Origin: Myxococcota bacterium
GTDB taxonomy: Bacteria > Myxococcota_A > UBA9160 > UBA6930
NCBI GenBank assembly: GCA_965223415.1
Contig: OZ245002.1
Coordinates: 1,440,001 to 1,504,000, forward strand
Reading direction: 5' to 3'
DNA length: 64,000 nt
The notes beneath the pieces were generated by a model. The model was not told where the DNA came from, made no database searches, and saw only the letters and a program-made list of their open reading frames with translations. The position numbers were made by a program, and so were the translations under genes. This document shows, piece by piece, positions 52,217-63,513 of the stretch (position 1 is the first letter of the stretch; each line of letters opens with the position of its first letter).

Positions 52217-54217
52217 TCAGTCGGCGACTGTGTCGGGCGGACCTTCTGCGACTCCCGCCCCGAAGAAGAAGGGGCTGCTCCACGCCGCCCCGCCGTCCTC
52301 CTGGAGGATCCGCACGTAGAGGCTGCCGCCGGGCGTAGGGTCGCGGAGCGTCGTCTCCAGCTCGAGCGCCATCTCCCCCCGGCCGGGGATGGACGCCAGC
52401 ACCTCCCCGTCGAGCACCAGCTCGACCGCGCCGATGACGTTCGTACCGGCCGCCGCAATTTCGAGACGGTGTTCGGGGCCGGGCTCGAGCTCGCTCCCCA
52501 TCGGCCGCCCATCAATGTGGACGCGCAGCAGGATGCGCGGGCCGTTGGTGGCGTAGCAGCGCCGCGCCCGGAGCGCGGCCAACACCCCGGCGCGCGTGCG
52601 GTCCTCGGCCAGGATCGCGGCGAGGCCGCCGCTCGCCGACGCCAGGTGGGCCAGGCCCGGATGGCCGTCGTGGCTGTCGCCGCTGCCGACGAAGCCGAGG
52701 CGGTAGCCGCGGGCCAGGGCGTCGACCACGAAGGAGCCCTCGCGGCCGCCGCGCACCGGATAGGGCGTCCGGGCCATCTCGCTGCTGCCGTGGACCGACA
52801 CGATCTCGGTCACCGGTTCGAGCTCCGGATCCGGCGCGATGTCCCAGGCCACCGCCACGGGCTCCCCTGCCGGGTGGTGGGCGAAGGTGAGCGCCTCCCG
52901 TCCCCGTAGCGCCGCCCACAGCTCGCGAGGATGATCACTCGCTGCGTCGATCGAGCTGATGATCTCGCCCTCTCCGTCGAAGTAGAGGACGTGCCGGTGG
53001 CCGTAGAGCCAACTCGTCCACTCGAAGCCCAGCAAGGTGACGAAGCGGCCCGGCGCGTGATGCAGGTCGGCGGCAGCGCGCACTTGCTGCCAGGCCCGCG
53101 GGCTCCGGTCGAGGAACGGAAGGCCCCAGTGGTCGTGGTCGGTGAGCGCCGCCACGTCGAGGGCCGCCACGTCCCGCGCATAGCGGTAGTAGTCGTCGGG
53201 CGTGCCCGTGCCGTCCGAGAGATGGGAATGGCCGTGCAGGTCGGCCCAGAGGGGTCGATCCGCCGTGGCGTGCACCTGGACGGGATTCGACACGTCGGCC
53301 AGGGCCTCGTCCCCGGCGGCGCGCACCTGGAAGCGGCCGCCTCCATCGGCCGGAGCGCGGAAGGCGACCGTCGCGACGCCTTCCGCGCCGACCTCGATGG
53401 GCCCGATCTCCGGAAAGCCCTTCGGCGGCGCGACCAGCACGCGAAGCGGCTCCGCCAGGGGCACGCCGGCATTCCCCGCCGCGTCGAGCACCGCCACCCG
53501 CAGCTCCAGTTCGGCACCGGGCCGCACGACGCTGGGCACGAGAGCGACGAGCTGGGCCGGCGGCCCGGCTCCGATGTCGACGCGCAGAGGCTCCTCGAGG
53601 AGCCGTCGGACGCCGTCCCCGTCACCGTCCACCGCCAGCAGGATGGGCGCGTCGCGCTCGGCGAAGCGGTCGACCCGGGAGCCGACCTCACCGGCCCCGT
53701 AGGCCAGCCGCACCTCTTCCCCCTCGCGCAGCGCGCGCCCCCCGATGGTCACTGCGAGCAGCTCGCTGCCGATCGCCTCCGCCTCGAGGGTCACTCCCGG
53801 CGCGTCGCTGGCGACGCTCGCGAAGCCCGGCCGTGCCGGATCCTGGAGCTGGACGCCGCTCCATCCCCAGAAGGGCGGGACCATCAAGAAGAGCTGGCCG
53901 CCCACCGCGACGCCGTGGGGCCCCGCCGTGTAGACGATCGGGAAGTGCGCGGTCTGGCCGACCCGGAGGTCCGGCGCCGCGCCGCCCTCCCAGCTCCAGC
54001 GGGCGCGGCCGCCACCGTCCGAGGGGTGCCGCGGCGCCTCGAGATCGTCGCGCAGGTCCGCCACGATGCCCGGGCTCGCGTTGAAGGACGCGTCCGCCGG
54101 CGCCTCGGGGACGGTGGGCAGCGGCGCGGGCGCGGCCGGCGCGGGCGCCTCGGCTTCGGCGCAGGCCAGCAGGCCCGCCAGCAGGGCGGCCACCCCTCCG
54201 GTGCGCAGCCGCCGCAC
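52217..54217 (-). CDS. CehA/McbA-type (DUF3604-like) PHP-fold metallohydrolase lipoprotein
   Basis: Lipobox LLAC; WADLHGHSHLSDG, LTDHD, GFEW, GFVGSGDSH, RRCYATNG, AWSSP. Confidence 0.8.
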   Translation of the reverse strand: MRRLRTGGVAALLAGLLACAEAEAPAPAAPAPLPTVPEAPADASFNASPGIVADLRDDLEAPRHPSDGGGRARWSWEGGAAPDLRVGQTAHFPIVYTAGPHGVAVGGQLFLMVPPFWGWSGVQLQDPARPGFASVASDAPGVTLEAEAIGSELLAVTIGGRALREGEEVRLAYGAGEVGSRVDRFAERDAPILLAVDGDGDGVRRLLEEPLRVDIGAGPPAQLVALVPSVVRPGAELELRVAVLDAAGNAGVPLAEPLRVLVAPPKGFPEIGPIEVGAEGVATVAFRAPADGGGRFQVRAAGDEALADVSNPVQVHATADRPLWADLHGHSHLSDGTGTPDDYYRYARDVAALDVAALTDHDHWGLPFLDRSPRAWQQVRAAADLHHAPGRFVTLLGFEWTSWLYGHRHVLYFDGEGEIISSIDAASDHPRELWAALRGREALTFAHHPAGEPVAVAWDIAPDPELEPVTEIVSVHGSSEMARTPYPVRGGREGSFVVDALARGYRLGFVGSGDSHDGHPGLAHLASASGGLAAILAEDRTRAGVLAALRARRCYATNGPRILLRVHIDGRPMGSELEPGPEHRLEIAAAGTNVIGAVELVLDGEVLASIPGRGEMALELETTLRDPTPGGSLYVRILQEDGGAAWSSPFFFGAGVAEGPPDTVAD

Positions 54218-54220
54218 CGG

Positions 54221-56053
<1,833 letters not shown>

Positions 56054-56097
56054 GCCGTTCCCTCGATGATGGCTGCGGCCCGCGGCCCGGCCCCGGG

Positions 56098-57462
56098 CTA
56101 ACTGCGCTCGGACCCCGGCTCGCTCTCTCCGGTTCCCAGCTTGGCGCGCCGCCTGGCGCCCCAGCCCTCGATGTTCCTCTGCCGCCCGGTGGAGACAGCG
56201 ATGGCGTCGGTGGCGACGCCCTTCGTCACCGTGGTGCCGGCGGCCACGAAGGCGTCGTCCTCGAGCGTCACCGGGGCCACCAGATTGACGTTGCAGCCGA
56301 TGCGCACGCGTTCACCCAGCGTCGTGCGGTGCTTCTCGCTCCAGTCGTAGTTGACGGTGATGGAGCCACAGCCGAAGGACGAGTCGCGGCCCACGACCGC
56401 ATCGCCCACGTAGGAGAGGTGGTCGGCCTTCACCCCTTCGCCGAGATCGCTGTTCTTCACCTCGACGTAGTTGCCGAGCCGAACGCCGCGGGCGAGGGTG
56501 GAACCGGGACGCACGTGGGCCGAAGGCCCGAGCACGCACTCGTCGCCGACCCGGCTCGACTCGATCACGCAATGGGGCTTGATGTGGCAGCCCTCGCCGA
56601 TCGTCGTCGGCCCGGTGATCACCACGCCGGGCTCGATGACCGTATCGGCGCCGATCTCCACTCCGGTGTCGACGTAGCTGGCGCCCGGATCGATGAAGGT
56701 GACGCCCGCCGCCATCAAGCGATCGGCGTTGCGACGGCGCTGCACGGCCGAGGCCCGGGCCAGCTCGGCGCGATCGTTCACCCCCATCGCCTCGTCCGCA
56801 TCCTCCAGCCGCAGCGCCTCCACCGTGTGGCCCTCGGCGCGGGCGACGGCGACGATGTCGGTCAGGTAGAACTCGCCCTGCTCGTTGCGATCGTCGAGCT
56901 GGGAGAGGGCCTTGTGGAGGAACCCGGCGTCCACCAGGTAGACGCCGGTGTTGCCCTCCTGGATGGCCCGCTCCTCGCCCACGGCGTCGGTCAGCTCGAC
57001 GATGCGCTCGACCTTCCCCTCGGCGTCGCGAACGATCAGGCCGGGCAGGGGCTCCGGTGAGGTGAGCATGGCCAGCGGCGTTCCGGTCTCGGTCTTGAGC
57101 TCGATCATGCGCGCGACGCTCTCCGCCCGCAACAGCGGCGTATCGCCGTAGAGGATCAGCACGTTGCCGCGGAAGTCGCCCAGGGTGGGCAGCGCGGTCT
57201 GCACGGCGTGGGCGGTGCCGCGCTGCTCCGCCTGGAGGACGAAGCTGGCGCGCCCGTCGAAGGCCTCGCGCACCTTGTCCGCGTCGCGGCCGATCACGAC
57301 CACCAGGTGCTCGGGCGCCAGGGCCTCGGCGACGCCGAGCGGGTAGTCGAGCATGGGGCGCCCGGCCACCTCGTGGAGCACCTTGCTGCGCGAGGACTTC
57401 ATGCGCGTGCCCTGACCGGCGGCCAGGACGAGCACGGCGAGGTTTCCGTCCGATTCGGGCAT
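56098..57462 (-). CDS. glmU: Bifunctional UDP-GlcNAc pyrophosphorylase / GlcN-1-P acetyltransferase
   Basis: LAAGQGTRMKS, GTAHAV, YGDTPL, EFYLTD, GVND; LbH with GNYVEVK, HLSYVGD, ITVNYD. Confidence 0.95.
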   Translation of the reverse strand: MPESDGNLAVLVLAAGQGTRMKSSRSKVLHEVAGRPMLDYPLGVAEALAPEHLVVVIGRDADKVREAFDGRASFVLQAEQRGTAHAVQTALPTLGDFRGNVLILYGDTPLLRAESVARMIELKTETGTPLAMLTSPEPLPGLIVRDAEGKVERIVELTDAVGEERAIQEGNTGVYLVDAGFLHKALSQLDDRNEQGEFYLTDIVAVARAEGHTVEALRLEDADEAMGVNDRAELARASAVQRRRNADRLMAAGVTFIDPGASYVDTGVEIGADTVIEPGVVITGPTTIGEGCHIKPHCVIESSRVGDECVLGPSAHVRPGSTLARGVRLGNYVEVKNSDLGEGVKADHLSYVGDAVVGRDSSFGCGSITVNYDWSEKHRTTLGERVRIGCNVNLVAPVTLEDDAFVAAGTTVTKGVATDAIAVSTGRQRNIEGWGARRRAKLGTGESEPGSERS

Positions 57463-57682
57463 GGGCCCCCTCTGGTGTCGCGGCGCGAGCGGAGGCTCGC
57501 GGCCGGAACGCCCTGCCTTGTTTCGGCGGACGGACACGGAAGGGTAAGCCTCCAGCTTCCGATCGCACCCCGGCGGCCGCAGACCTTTCCCCGCGGGGAC
57601 GGTGTCGCTCGAATGGCGGGCGGGAAACCCCTCTCGTACCTTCCGCGCGACTGCCCCCGCGTACGCCTCCCGAGGAACATCC

Positions 57683-59353
57683 ATCCGCGTCTTCGGCAAC
57701 ACCCACGGCCTGAAGGCCAGCCAGGTGAAGCGGCTCGAGCGTCTGGGACGGCGACGGGTACCCGCCGACCGCCTGGTGAACCACGAGCTGGCCCGCGAGC
57801 TCACCGAAATCTCCCGCGAGATCCGGCGCCAAACCGGTGTGCTCGTCGACCGCCGGGGCGACGTGACTCACGTGATGGTGGGGACGCCGTCCGGCATCGA
57901 GATGCCCGAGTGGGGCCGCATGCGGGCCGGCTCCGGCCGGCTGCGCGGCCTCCGCTGCATCCACACCCACCTCGGAGGCGAGGGGCTCACCCGCGACGAC
58001 CTGACCGACCTGGCGGTGCTGCGCTTCGACGCCATGGTGTCGATCCACGCGGAGGAGGACGGGCTGCCCGGACTCGCCTACACGGCGGCGCTGATGCCGG
58101 CCAACGACGAGGGCGCCGGCATCCAGGAGCTCGACCCGGCGGCACCCGCCCAGCTGGACCTCGACTTCCAGGACTGGATCCGGGCCCTCGAAGAGGAGCT
58201 CGCGCGCACCACGCGCACCCGCGAGGTGGGCGACGGCGAGCGGGCGATCCTGGTGGTGGTGACGGCCGGCCGCTCCCGCGACGATACGGCCTACTCCACC
58301 GACGAGCTCTGCGAGCTCGCGCGCTCGGCCGGCGTCGAGGTCGCCTTCGTGCTCGTGCAGAACCGGCGACGCCCCGATCCGAAGACGGTGATCGGTGCCG
58401 GCAAGCTGCAGGACCTGCTGATCCGCTGCTTCCAGTCCGACGTCGACCTCGTGATCTTCGACGACGACCTCTCGGCGGCCCAGGCCCGCAACCTGGCCGA
58501 GCGGCTCGAGCTGCGCGTCATCGATCGCACCCAGCTGATCCTCGACATCTTCGCCCAGCACGCCACGACGCGGGACGGCAAGCTCCAGGTCGAGCTGGCT
58601 CAGCTCAAGTACGTGCTGCCGCGATTGGCCCAACGGGACACGTCCCTCTCGCGCCTCGGCGGCGGCATCGGCGGGCGCGGGCCCGGCGAGCAGAAGCTCG
58701 AGATCGACCGGCGCCGCGTCCGCGACCGCATCGCGCGCCTGGAGCGCGATCTGAAGGGCCTGCAGCGCCAGCGCGAGCACCGTCGCGCGCGGCGCACCCG
58801 CCGCGGCCTGCCCGTGCTCTCGATCGTCGGCTACACGAACGCGGGCAAGAGCACGCTGCTCCAGGCGCTCACCAAGAAGGAGGTCCACGTCGAGGACAAG
58901 ATGTTCGCGACGCTGGATCCGGCCTCCCGGCGGCTGCGCTTCCCGCGCGACCAGGAGGTGATCATCACCGATACGGTCGGGTTCATCCGCGACCTGCCGC
59001 CGGACCTGGTCGCAGCCTTCAAGGCCACGCTGGAGGAGCTGCGCGAGGCCGACCTCTTCCTGCACGTGGTGGACGCCGCCGACTCGGACGTGGAGCGGCG
59101 CATGACGGCGGTGCACGACGTGCTGGCGGAGATCGGCCTGGACCGGACCCGCGAGCTCCTGGTCTTCAACAAGATCGACCGGCTGCCGCCCGGCGAAGGC
59201 GCGCAGCTCGCCGCCCGCTACGGCGCCGTACCCATCTCCGCCCTGCACCGCACGGGCCTGGCCGAGCTGTTGGAGCGGGCGGAGGAGCGGCTGAGCTGGC
59301 CGGAAGACATGGAACGCGAAGAGCCCGCCGTGGCTCGAGGGGGGGAACGATGA
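57683..59353 (+). CDS. hflX: GTPase HflX (long form); probable ATC start
   Basis: FGNTHGLKASQ long-form N-terminus; LRCIHTH; DRTQLILDIFA; GYTNAGKS, FATLD, DTVG, NKID, SAL. Confidence 0.93.
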   Translation: MRVFGNTHGLKASQVKRLERLGRRRVPADRLVNHELARELTEISREIRRQTGVLVDRRGDVTHVMVGTPSGIEMPEWGRMRAGSGRLRGLRCIHTHLGGEGLTRDDLTDLAVLRFDAMVSIHAEEDGLPGLAYTAALMPANDEGAGIQELDPAAPAQLDLDFQDWIRALEEELARTTRTREVGDGERAILVVVTAGRSRDDTAYSTDELCELARSAGVEVAFVLVQNRRRPDPKTVIGAGKLQDLLIRCFQSDVDLVIFDDDLSAAQARNLAERLELRVIDRTQLILDIFAQHATTRDGKLQVELAQLKYVLPRLAQRDTSLSRLGGGIGGRGPGEQKLEIDRRRVRDRIARLERDLKGLQRQREHRRARRTRRGLPVLSIVGYTNAGKSTLLQALTKKEVHVEDKMFATLDPASRRLRFPRDQEVIITDTVGFIRDLPPDLVAAFKATLEELREADLFLHVVDAADSDVERRMTAVHDVLAEIGLDRTRELLVFNKIDRLPPGEGAQLAARYGAVPISALHRTGLAELLERAEERLSWPEDMEREEPAVARGGER

Positions 59354-60357
59354 CGGGGATCCGCACGAAGATCACGGGGACGGGGATGTACGTCCCGGAT
59401 CGCGTAGTGACGAACAAGGATCTCGAAGGGCTCATGGACACGACCGACGAGTGGATCCGCCAGCGCTCGGGCATCGTCGAGCGGCGCTACATCGGCGAAG
59501 GCCAGCAGCCTTCGGATCTGGGCGAGGCGGCGGCGCGCCAGGCACTCGAGGCGGCTGGGCTGGAGGCCGACCAGATCGACTGCATCGTGCTGGCGACCCT
59601 GTCCGCCGAGGCGGAGTTCCCGGGCACGTCGTTCTTCCTGCAGGAGAAGCTCGGCGGGACGACCCCGTGCTTCGACCTTCGGGCCCAGTGCAGCGGCTTC
59701 CTCTACAGCCTCTCGGTCGCGCGCAGCTTCGTCGCGTCGGGCCAGTACCGCCGGGTGCTGGTGGTCGGCTGCGAGATCCACTCGACGGGCCTCGATTTCT
59801 CGACCGAGGGCCGCGACACCGCCGTCCTGTTCGGCGACGGCGCCGGCGCGGTGATCGTCGAGGCCAACACGGACGAGGACGACCGATCCGACATCCTGGA
59901 AGTGCGTCTCCAGGCCGAGGGCAAGTACGCGAAGAAGCTCTGGGTCGAATCGCCGGGCTCCGGCACCTACCCGGAGCGCTGGACCCAGGAGGTCTTCGAC
60001 CGCCGCCGCTACTTCCCGCACATGGAAGGCAAGTTCGTCTTCAAGCACGCGGTCACGCGGATGCCCCAGGTGCTGCGCGAGACCCTCGATGCGGCGAGCG
60101 TGAAGATCGAGGACGTCTCGCTCTTCCTGTTTCACCAGGCCAACCTGCGGATCAACGAGTACGTGGCGAACAGCCTCGAGATCCCGGAAGCGAAGCTCCG
60201 CAACAACATCCAGCGCTACGGCAACTGCTCCGCGGCCTCGATCCCGATCCTGCTGGCGGAGGCCGAGCGGGAGGGCGTCCTGAAGCGGGGCGACCTGGTC
60301 TCGATGACCGGCTTCGGCTCCGGCTTCAGCTGGGCCAGCGCCGCCGTCCGGTGGTGA
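59350..60357 (+). CDS. fabH: Beta-ketoacyl-ACP synthase III family protein
   Basis: DTTDEWI..RSGI, AQCSGF, LFGDGAGA, HQAN, GNCSAAS, GFGSGFSW (Cys-His-Asn triad). Confidence 0.88.
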   Translation: MTGIRTKITGTGMYVPDRVVTNKDLEGLMDTTDEWIRQRSGIVERRYIGEGQQPSDLGEAAARQALEAAGLEADQIDCIVLATLSAEAEFPGTSFFLQEKLGGTTPCFDLRAQCSGFLYSLSVARSFVASGQYRRVLVVGCEIHSTGLDFSTEGRDTAVLFGDGAGAVIVEANTDEDDRSDILEVRLQAEGKYAKKLWVESPGSGTYPERWTQEVFDRRRYFPHMEGKFVFKHAVTRMPQVLRETLDAASVKIEDVSLFLFHQANLRINEYVANSLEIPEAKLRNNIQRYGNCSAASIPILLAEAEREGVLKRGDLVSMTGFGSGFSWASAAVRW

Positions 60358-60435
60358 TGCACTGCGTCGGGGTGCTGCGACGCGTCAATCGTAACTAGTT
60401 GAATTTCAATAGATTTACCGATTTCATCGAATCGC

Positions 60436-60464
60436 TTGACGCATTGACGCGCCGTGTCTAGATT
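60436..60464 (+). promoter_or_regulatory. Sigma70-type promoter of the phasin-like gene
   Basis: TTGACG (60436-60441), 17-bp spacer, TAGATT (60459-60464), with an AT-rich upstream tract. Confidence 0.65.
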
Positions 60465-60520
60465 CCTCCTCATCCAAGGCATCCATCGCCCGGAACGAGA
60501 CCGGGCCCGGAGGAGACGAC

Positions 60521-60970
60521 ATGGCCACCAAGCGAGCACGATCCAAGAGCAGCAACCTGTTCGAAGAGGGCGTGGAGCGCGTCGAGGACGCCTTCCAGCA
60601 GATCGGGGACGACTTCGAGGACCTCCAGAAGCGCGCCGAGAAGCGCCGCAAGACGTTCGAGCGCGACACCCAGCGCCGGATCAAGAAGTTCCGCACCGAG
60701 CTGAGGAAGAACGAGTGGGTGAAGGCGGCGGAGAAGCGGCGCAAGGCGCTCGAGAAGCGGGCGGAGCGCTTCCGCAAGGACGTCGAGAATAGCCGCCCCT
60801 TCAAGAAGGCCGAGGAGATCCGCAAGGACGCCGAGCAGGTGACTCGTGAGCGGGTCGACGCGGTGCTCGAGAGCATGCGCATCGCCAGCCAGGGCGAGAT
60901 CAGCAAGCTCGAGCGCAAGGTGAACGCCCTGCAGCGCAAGGTGCGGGAGCTGGAGCGCGGCGCCGCCTAG
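60521..60970 (+). CDS. Phasin-like (storage granule-associated) helical protein
   Basis: Highly charged helical protein ending VLESMRIASQGEISKLERKVNAL, the typical PhaF/PhaI-type tail; GGAGGAG SD. Confidence 0.6.
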   Translation: MATKRARSKSSNLFEEGVERVEDAFQQIGDDFEDLQKRAEKRRKTFERDTQRRIKKFRTELRKNEWVKAAEKRRKALEKRAERFRKDVENSRPFKKAEEIRKDAEQVTRERVDAVLESMRIASQGEISKLERKVNALQRKVRELERGAA

Positions 60971-60996
60971 GCGCCCTGCAAAGATCGGATTCGGTG

Positions 60997-61028
60997 AGAG
61001 GCCCGGCGGCGCGTCCGTCGGGCCTCTT
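60997..61028 (+). terminator. Hairpin terminator between convergent genes
   Basis: AGAGGCCCG...CGGGCCTCT stem; weak U tail. Confidence 0.5.
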
Positions 61029-61092
61029 CGCGTGGAGCATCAGGCGAAGAACCGCTCGACCGCGTGGAGCATCAACCGAAGAACCGCTCGAC
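61029..61092. repeat. 32-bp tandem duplication (30/32 identical) covering the 3' end of the DegT-family gene
   Basis: CGCGTGGAGCATCA-GG/AC-CGAAGAACCGCTCGAC at 61029-61060 and 61061-61092. Confidence 0.9.
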
Positions 61093-62268
61093 CGCGGCGG
61101 CGATGAACGCGATCCCCTCGTCGTCGATCGCGTGGTTCATCGGCAGGATGAGGCCCTGCTCCATCACGCGATCCGCGTTCCCGAGGCCTCCCGGCGCGAT
61201 GCGGCGCGGCCTGTCCCGAAAGGCCGGCTGTCTCGCGACGTTGCCGGTCCACACCATGCGGGTGTCGACGCCGCCCCTCTCCATGTGCTGCTGGAACGCG
61301 GCGCGGGAAACGCCGGAGGCCGGGTCGATCAGCAGCGGGAACATGTGCCAGGCGGTGTCGACCGCGGGGTGGAGCCGCGGCAGCACGAAGACCTCCGGGC
61401 GGCGGGCGAGCGCCTCGTGCAGCAGGTCGAAGTTGCGACGCCTCCGCGCGAGGTTCCCGGGCAGCTTCTTCATCTGCACGCAGCCGAAGGCCGCTCCGAG
61501 CTCGCTCGGCTCGAAGTTCCAGCCGATCTCGTCGAAGATGAAGAGATCGTCGTAGACGAGCCCGTCGACCTCGCTGAAGAAGCTCCGCTCTCCTCTGCGA
61601 GAGCCGAAGAAGGCCGTCTCCGAGCGCCGGCCCCAGCGACGCAGCACGAGGGCCCGGTCGATCAGCTCCGGATCGTCCAGGCACACCATCCCGCCGGTGC
61701 CGGCGGCCGTGATGATGTGGGCCAAGGCGAAGCTCGTCACCGAGATGTCCGAGCGCGTGCCGGTCGGCGTGCCGCGCAGGGTGGCGCCGAGGCAATCGCA
61801 GGAGTCCTCGACGACGTGCAGGCCGTGGCGATCGGCGACGGCGCGGATCGCATCCCAGTCCGGGCAGCCGCCGATCAGGTTGGGCGTGAGGATCGCCCTC
61901 GTGCGCGGGCCGATGGCGGACTCGATCTGGTCCACGTCGATCTGGAAGCTGTCCGGGGTGCAGTCGACGAGAACGGGAACCAGACCGGCGCGGACCATCG
62001 GCGCGACATCGGTGGAGAAGGTGAGCGCGCAGGTGACGATCTCGTCGCCGGGCTCGAGGCCGAGCAGCTCCACCGCCAGGTAGAGGGCGGAGGAGCCGGA
62101 GTTGACCATCACGCCGCGGCGCTTGCCGAAGGTCTCGGCGACGAGGCGCTCCATCTCCTTCACGTGCCGGCCGATGCGGAGCGCCCGCGGGCCGCCCCGC
62201 AGCACCTCGACCACGGCGGCGATCTCCTCTTCGCCGTGGACGCTTCCCGCGTACTCGATCCGATCCAT
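61072..62268 (-). CDS. DegT/DnrJ/EryC1/StrS family PLP/PMP enzyme, His-type (RfbH/ColD-like dehydratase)
   Basis: VNSGSSA, PGDEIV, EDSCD.LG, SFALAHIITAAGTGG (His at the usual Lys position). Confidence 0.85.
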   Translation of the reverse strand: MDRIEYAGSVHGEEEIAAVVEVLRGGPRALRIGRHVKEMERLVAETFGKRRGVMVNSGSSALYLAVELLGLEPGDEIVTCALTFSTDVAPMVRAGLVPVLVDCTPDSFQIDVDQIESAIGPRTRAILTPNLIGGCPDWDAIRAVADRHGLHVVEDSCDCLGATLRGTPTGTRSDISVTSFALAHIITAAGTGGMVCLDDPELIDRALVLRRWGRRSETAFFGSRRGERSFFSEVDGLVYDDLFIFDEIGWNFEPSELGAAFGCVQMKKLPGNLARRRRNFDLLHEALARRPEVFVLPRLHPAVDTAWHMFPLLIDPASGVSRAAFQQHMERGGVDTRMVWTGNVARQPAFRDRPRRIAPGGLGNADRVMEQGLILPMNHAIDDEGIAFIAAAVERFFG

Positions 62269-62340
62269 GGCCGGCGAGGATCGGCCAACGACGGCCGCCG
62301 GCGCTACCCTCGGCGCCCCCTCCCTCCCCGGAGACCATCC

Positions 62341-63501
62341 ATGTTCGAAGGCGTCGACTTCCTCCTTCTCGACGAAGAGCTCTCCGAAGAGGAGCGACTC
62401 GCGCGGGACACCGTCCGCGGCTGGGTCACCCAGGAGTTCCTCCCGGTGATCCAGGAGCACGTGCGCCGGGACGGCTCCTTCCCGATGGAGCTGGTGCCAG
62501 CGATCGCCGAGCTGGGGCTCTTCGGCGCGAACCTCCAGGGCCACGGCTGCGCCGGCATGAACAACGTGGCCTACGGGCTGGTCATGCAGGAGCTCGAGCG
62601 CGGCGATTCGGGGCTGCGCTCCTTCGCTTCCGTGCAGGGCTCGCTCTGCATGTACCCGATCCACGCCTACGGCTCCGACGAGCAGAAGGAGCGCTACCTG
62701 CCGGCGATGGCGGCCGGCGAGAAGATCGGCTGCTTCGGCCTGACCGAGCCGGACTTCGGCAGCTTCGCCCAGGGCATGCGCACCAAGGCCGAGTGCAAGG
62801 GCGACACCTGGATCCTGAACGGGACCAAGCGCTGGATCACGAACGGCAGCGTCTCCCACGTCGCCATCGTCTGGGCTCAGACCGAAGACGGGGTGCGGGG
62901 CTTCCTGATCGATCGCGACACCCCTGGCTTCGAGGCCCGGGACATCAAGGGCAAGTTCTCCCTGCGCGGCTCCGTCACCTCAGAGCTCTTCCTGCAGGAC
63001 GTGGAGCTGCCGGAGGACCAGCGCCTCCCGAAGGCCGAGGGCATGAAGGGGCCGCTCTCGTGCCTCACCCAGGCGCGCTACGGCATCGCCTGGGGCGCGC
63101 TCGGCGCGGCGATGGCGTGCTTCGACGAGGTCGTCGAGTACAGCAGGGAGCGCATCGTGCAGGGCGGTCCGCTCGCCGCCAAGCAGCTCACCCAGGCGAA
63201 GCTCGCCGACATGTTCACCGAGATCACCAAGGCCCAGCTCCTCGCGTTTCGCCTCGGCCGCCTGAAGGACCGGGGCAAGCTCCACCACGCGATGGTCTCG
63301 ATGGCCAAGCGCAACAACGTCGACATCGCGCTCCAGGTGGCGCGTGTGGCCCGCGACCTGCTCGGCGCCAACGGCATCGTCGACGACTACCAGGCGATGC
63401 GCCACATGGTGAACCTCGAGACCGTCCGCACCTACGAGGGCACCCACGACATTCACACCCTCATCCTCGGCGAGCACATCACCGGCCTGCGGGCGCTGTA
63501 G
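62341..63501 (+). CDS. Acyl-CoA dehydrogenase, glutaryl-CoA dehydrogenase-like
   Basis: ELERGDSGLRS..SVQGSL, GCFGLTEPD.GS, KRWITNG, ARYGIAWG, LGANGI, TYEGTHDIH. Confidence 0.88.
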   Translation: MFEGVDFLLLDEELSEEERLARDTVRGWVTQEFLPVIQEHVRRDGSFPMELVPAIAELGLFGANLQGHGCAGMNNVAYGLVMQELERGDSGLRSFASVQGSLCMYPIHAYGSDEQKERYLPAMAAGEKIGCFGLTEPDFGSFAQGMRTKAECKGDTWILNGTKRWITNGSVSHVAIVWAQTEDGVRGFLIDRDTPGFEARDIKGKFSLRGSVTSELFLQDVELPEDQRLPKAEGMKGPLSCLTQARYGIAWGALGAAMACFDEVVEYSRERIVQGGPLAAKQLTQAKLADMFTEITKAQLLAFRLGRLKDRGKLHHAMVSMAKRNNVDIALQVARVARDLLGANGIVDDYQAMRHMVNLETVRTYEGTHDIHTLILGEHITGLRAL

Positions 63502-63513
63502 GGGCCACGCCTC

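Noticed and set aside
56054..56097. glmS ribozyme upstream of glmS
   Set aside because: Only 44 bp separate glmU and glmS, and no ribozyme core is visible.
61029..61092. Possible CRISPR repeat (32 bp)
   Set aside because: The copies are directly adjacent with no spacer and overlap a gene end.
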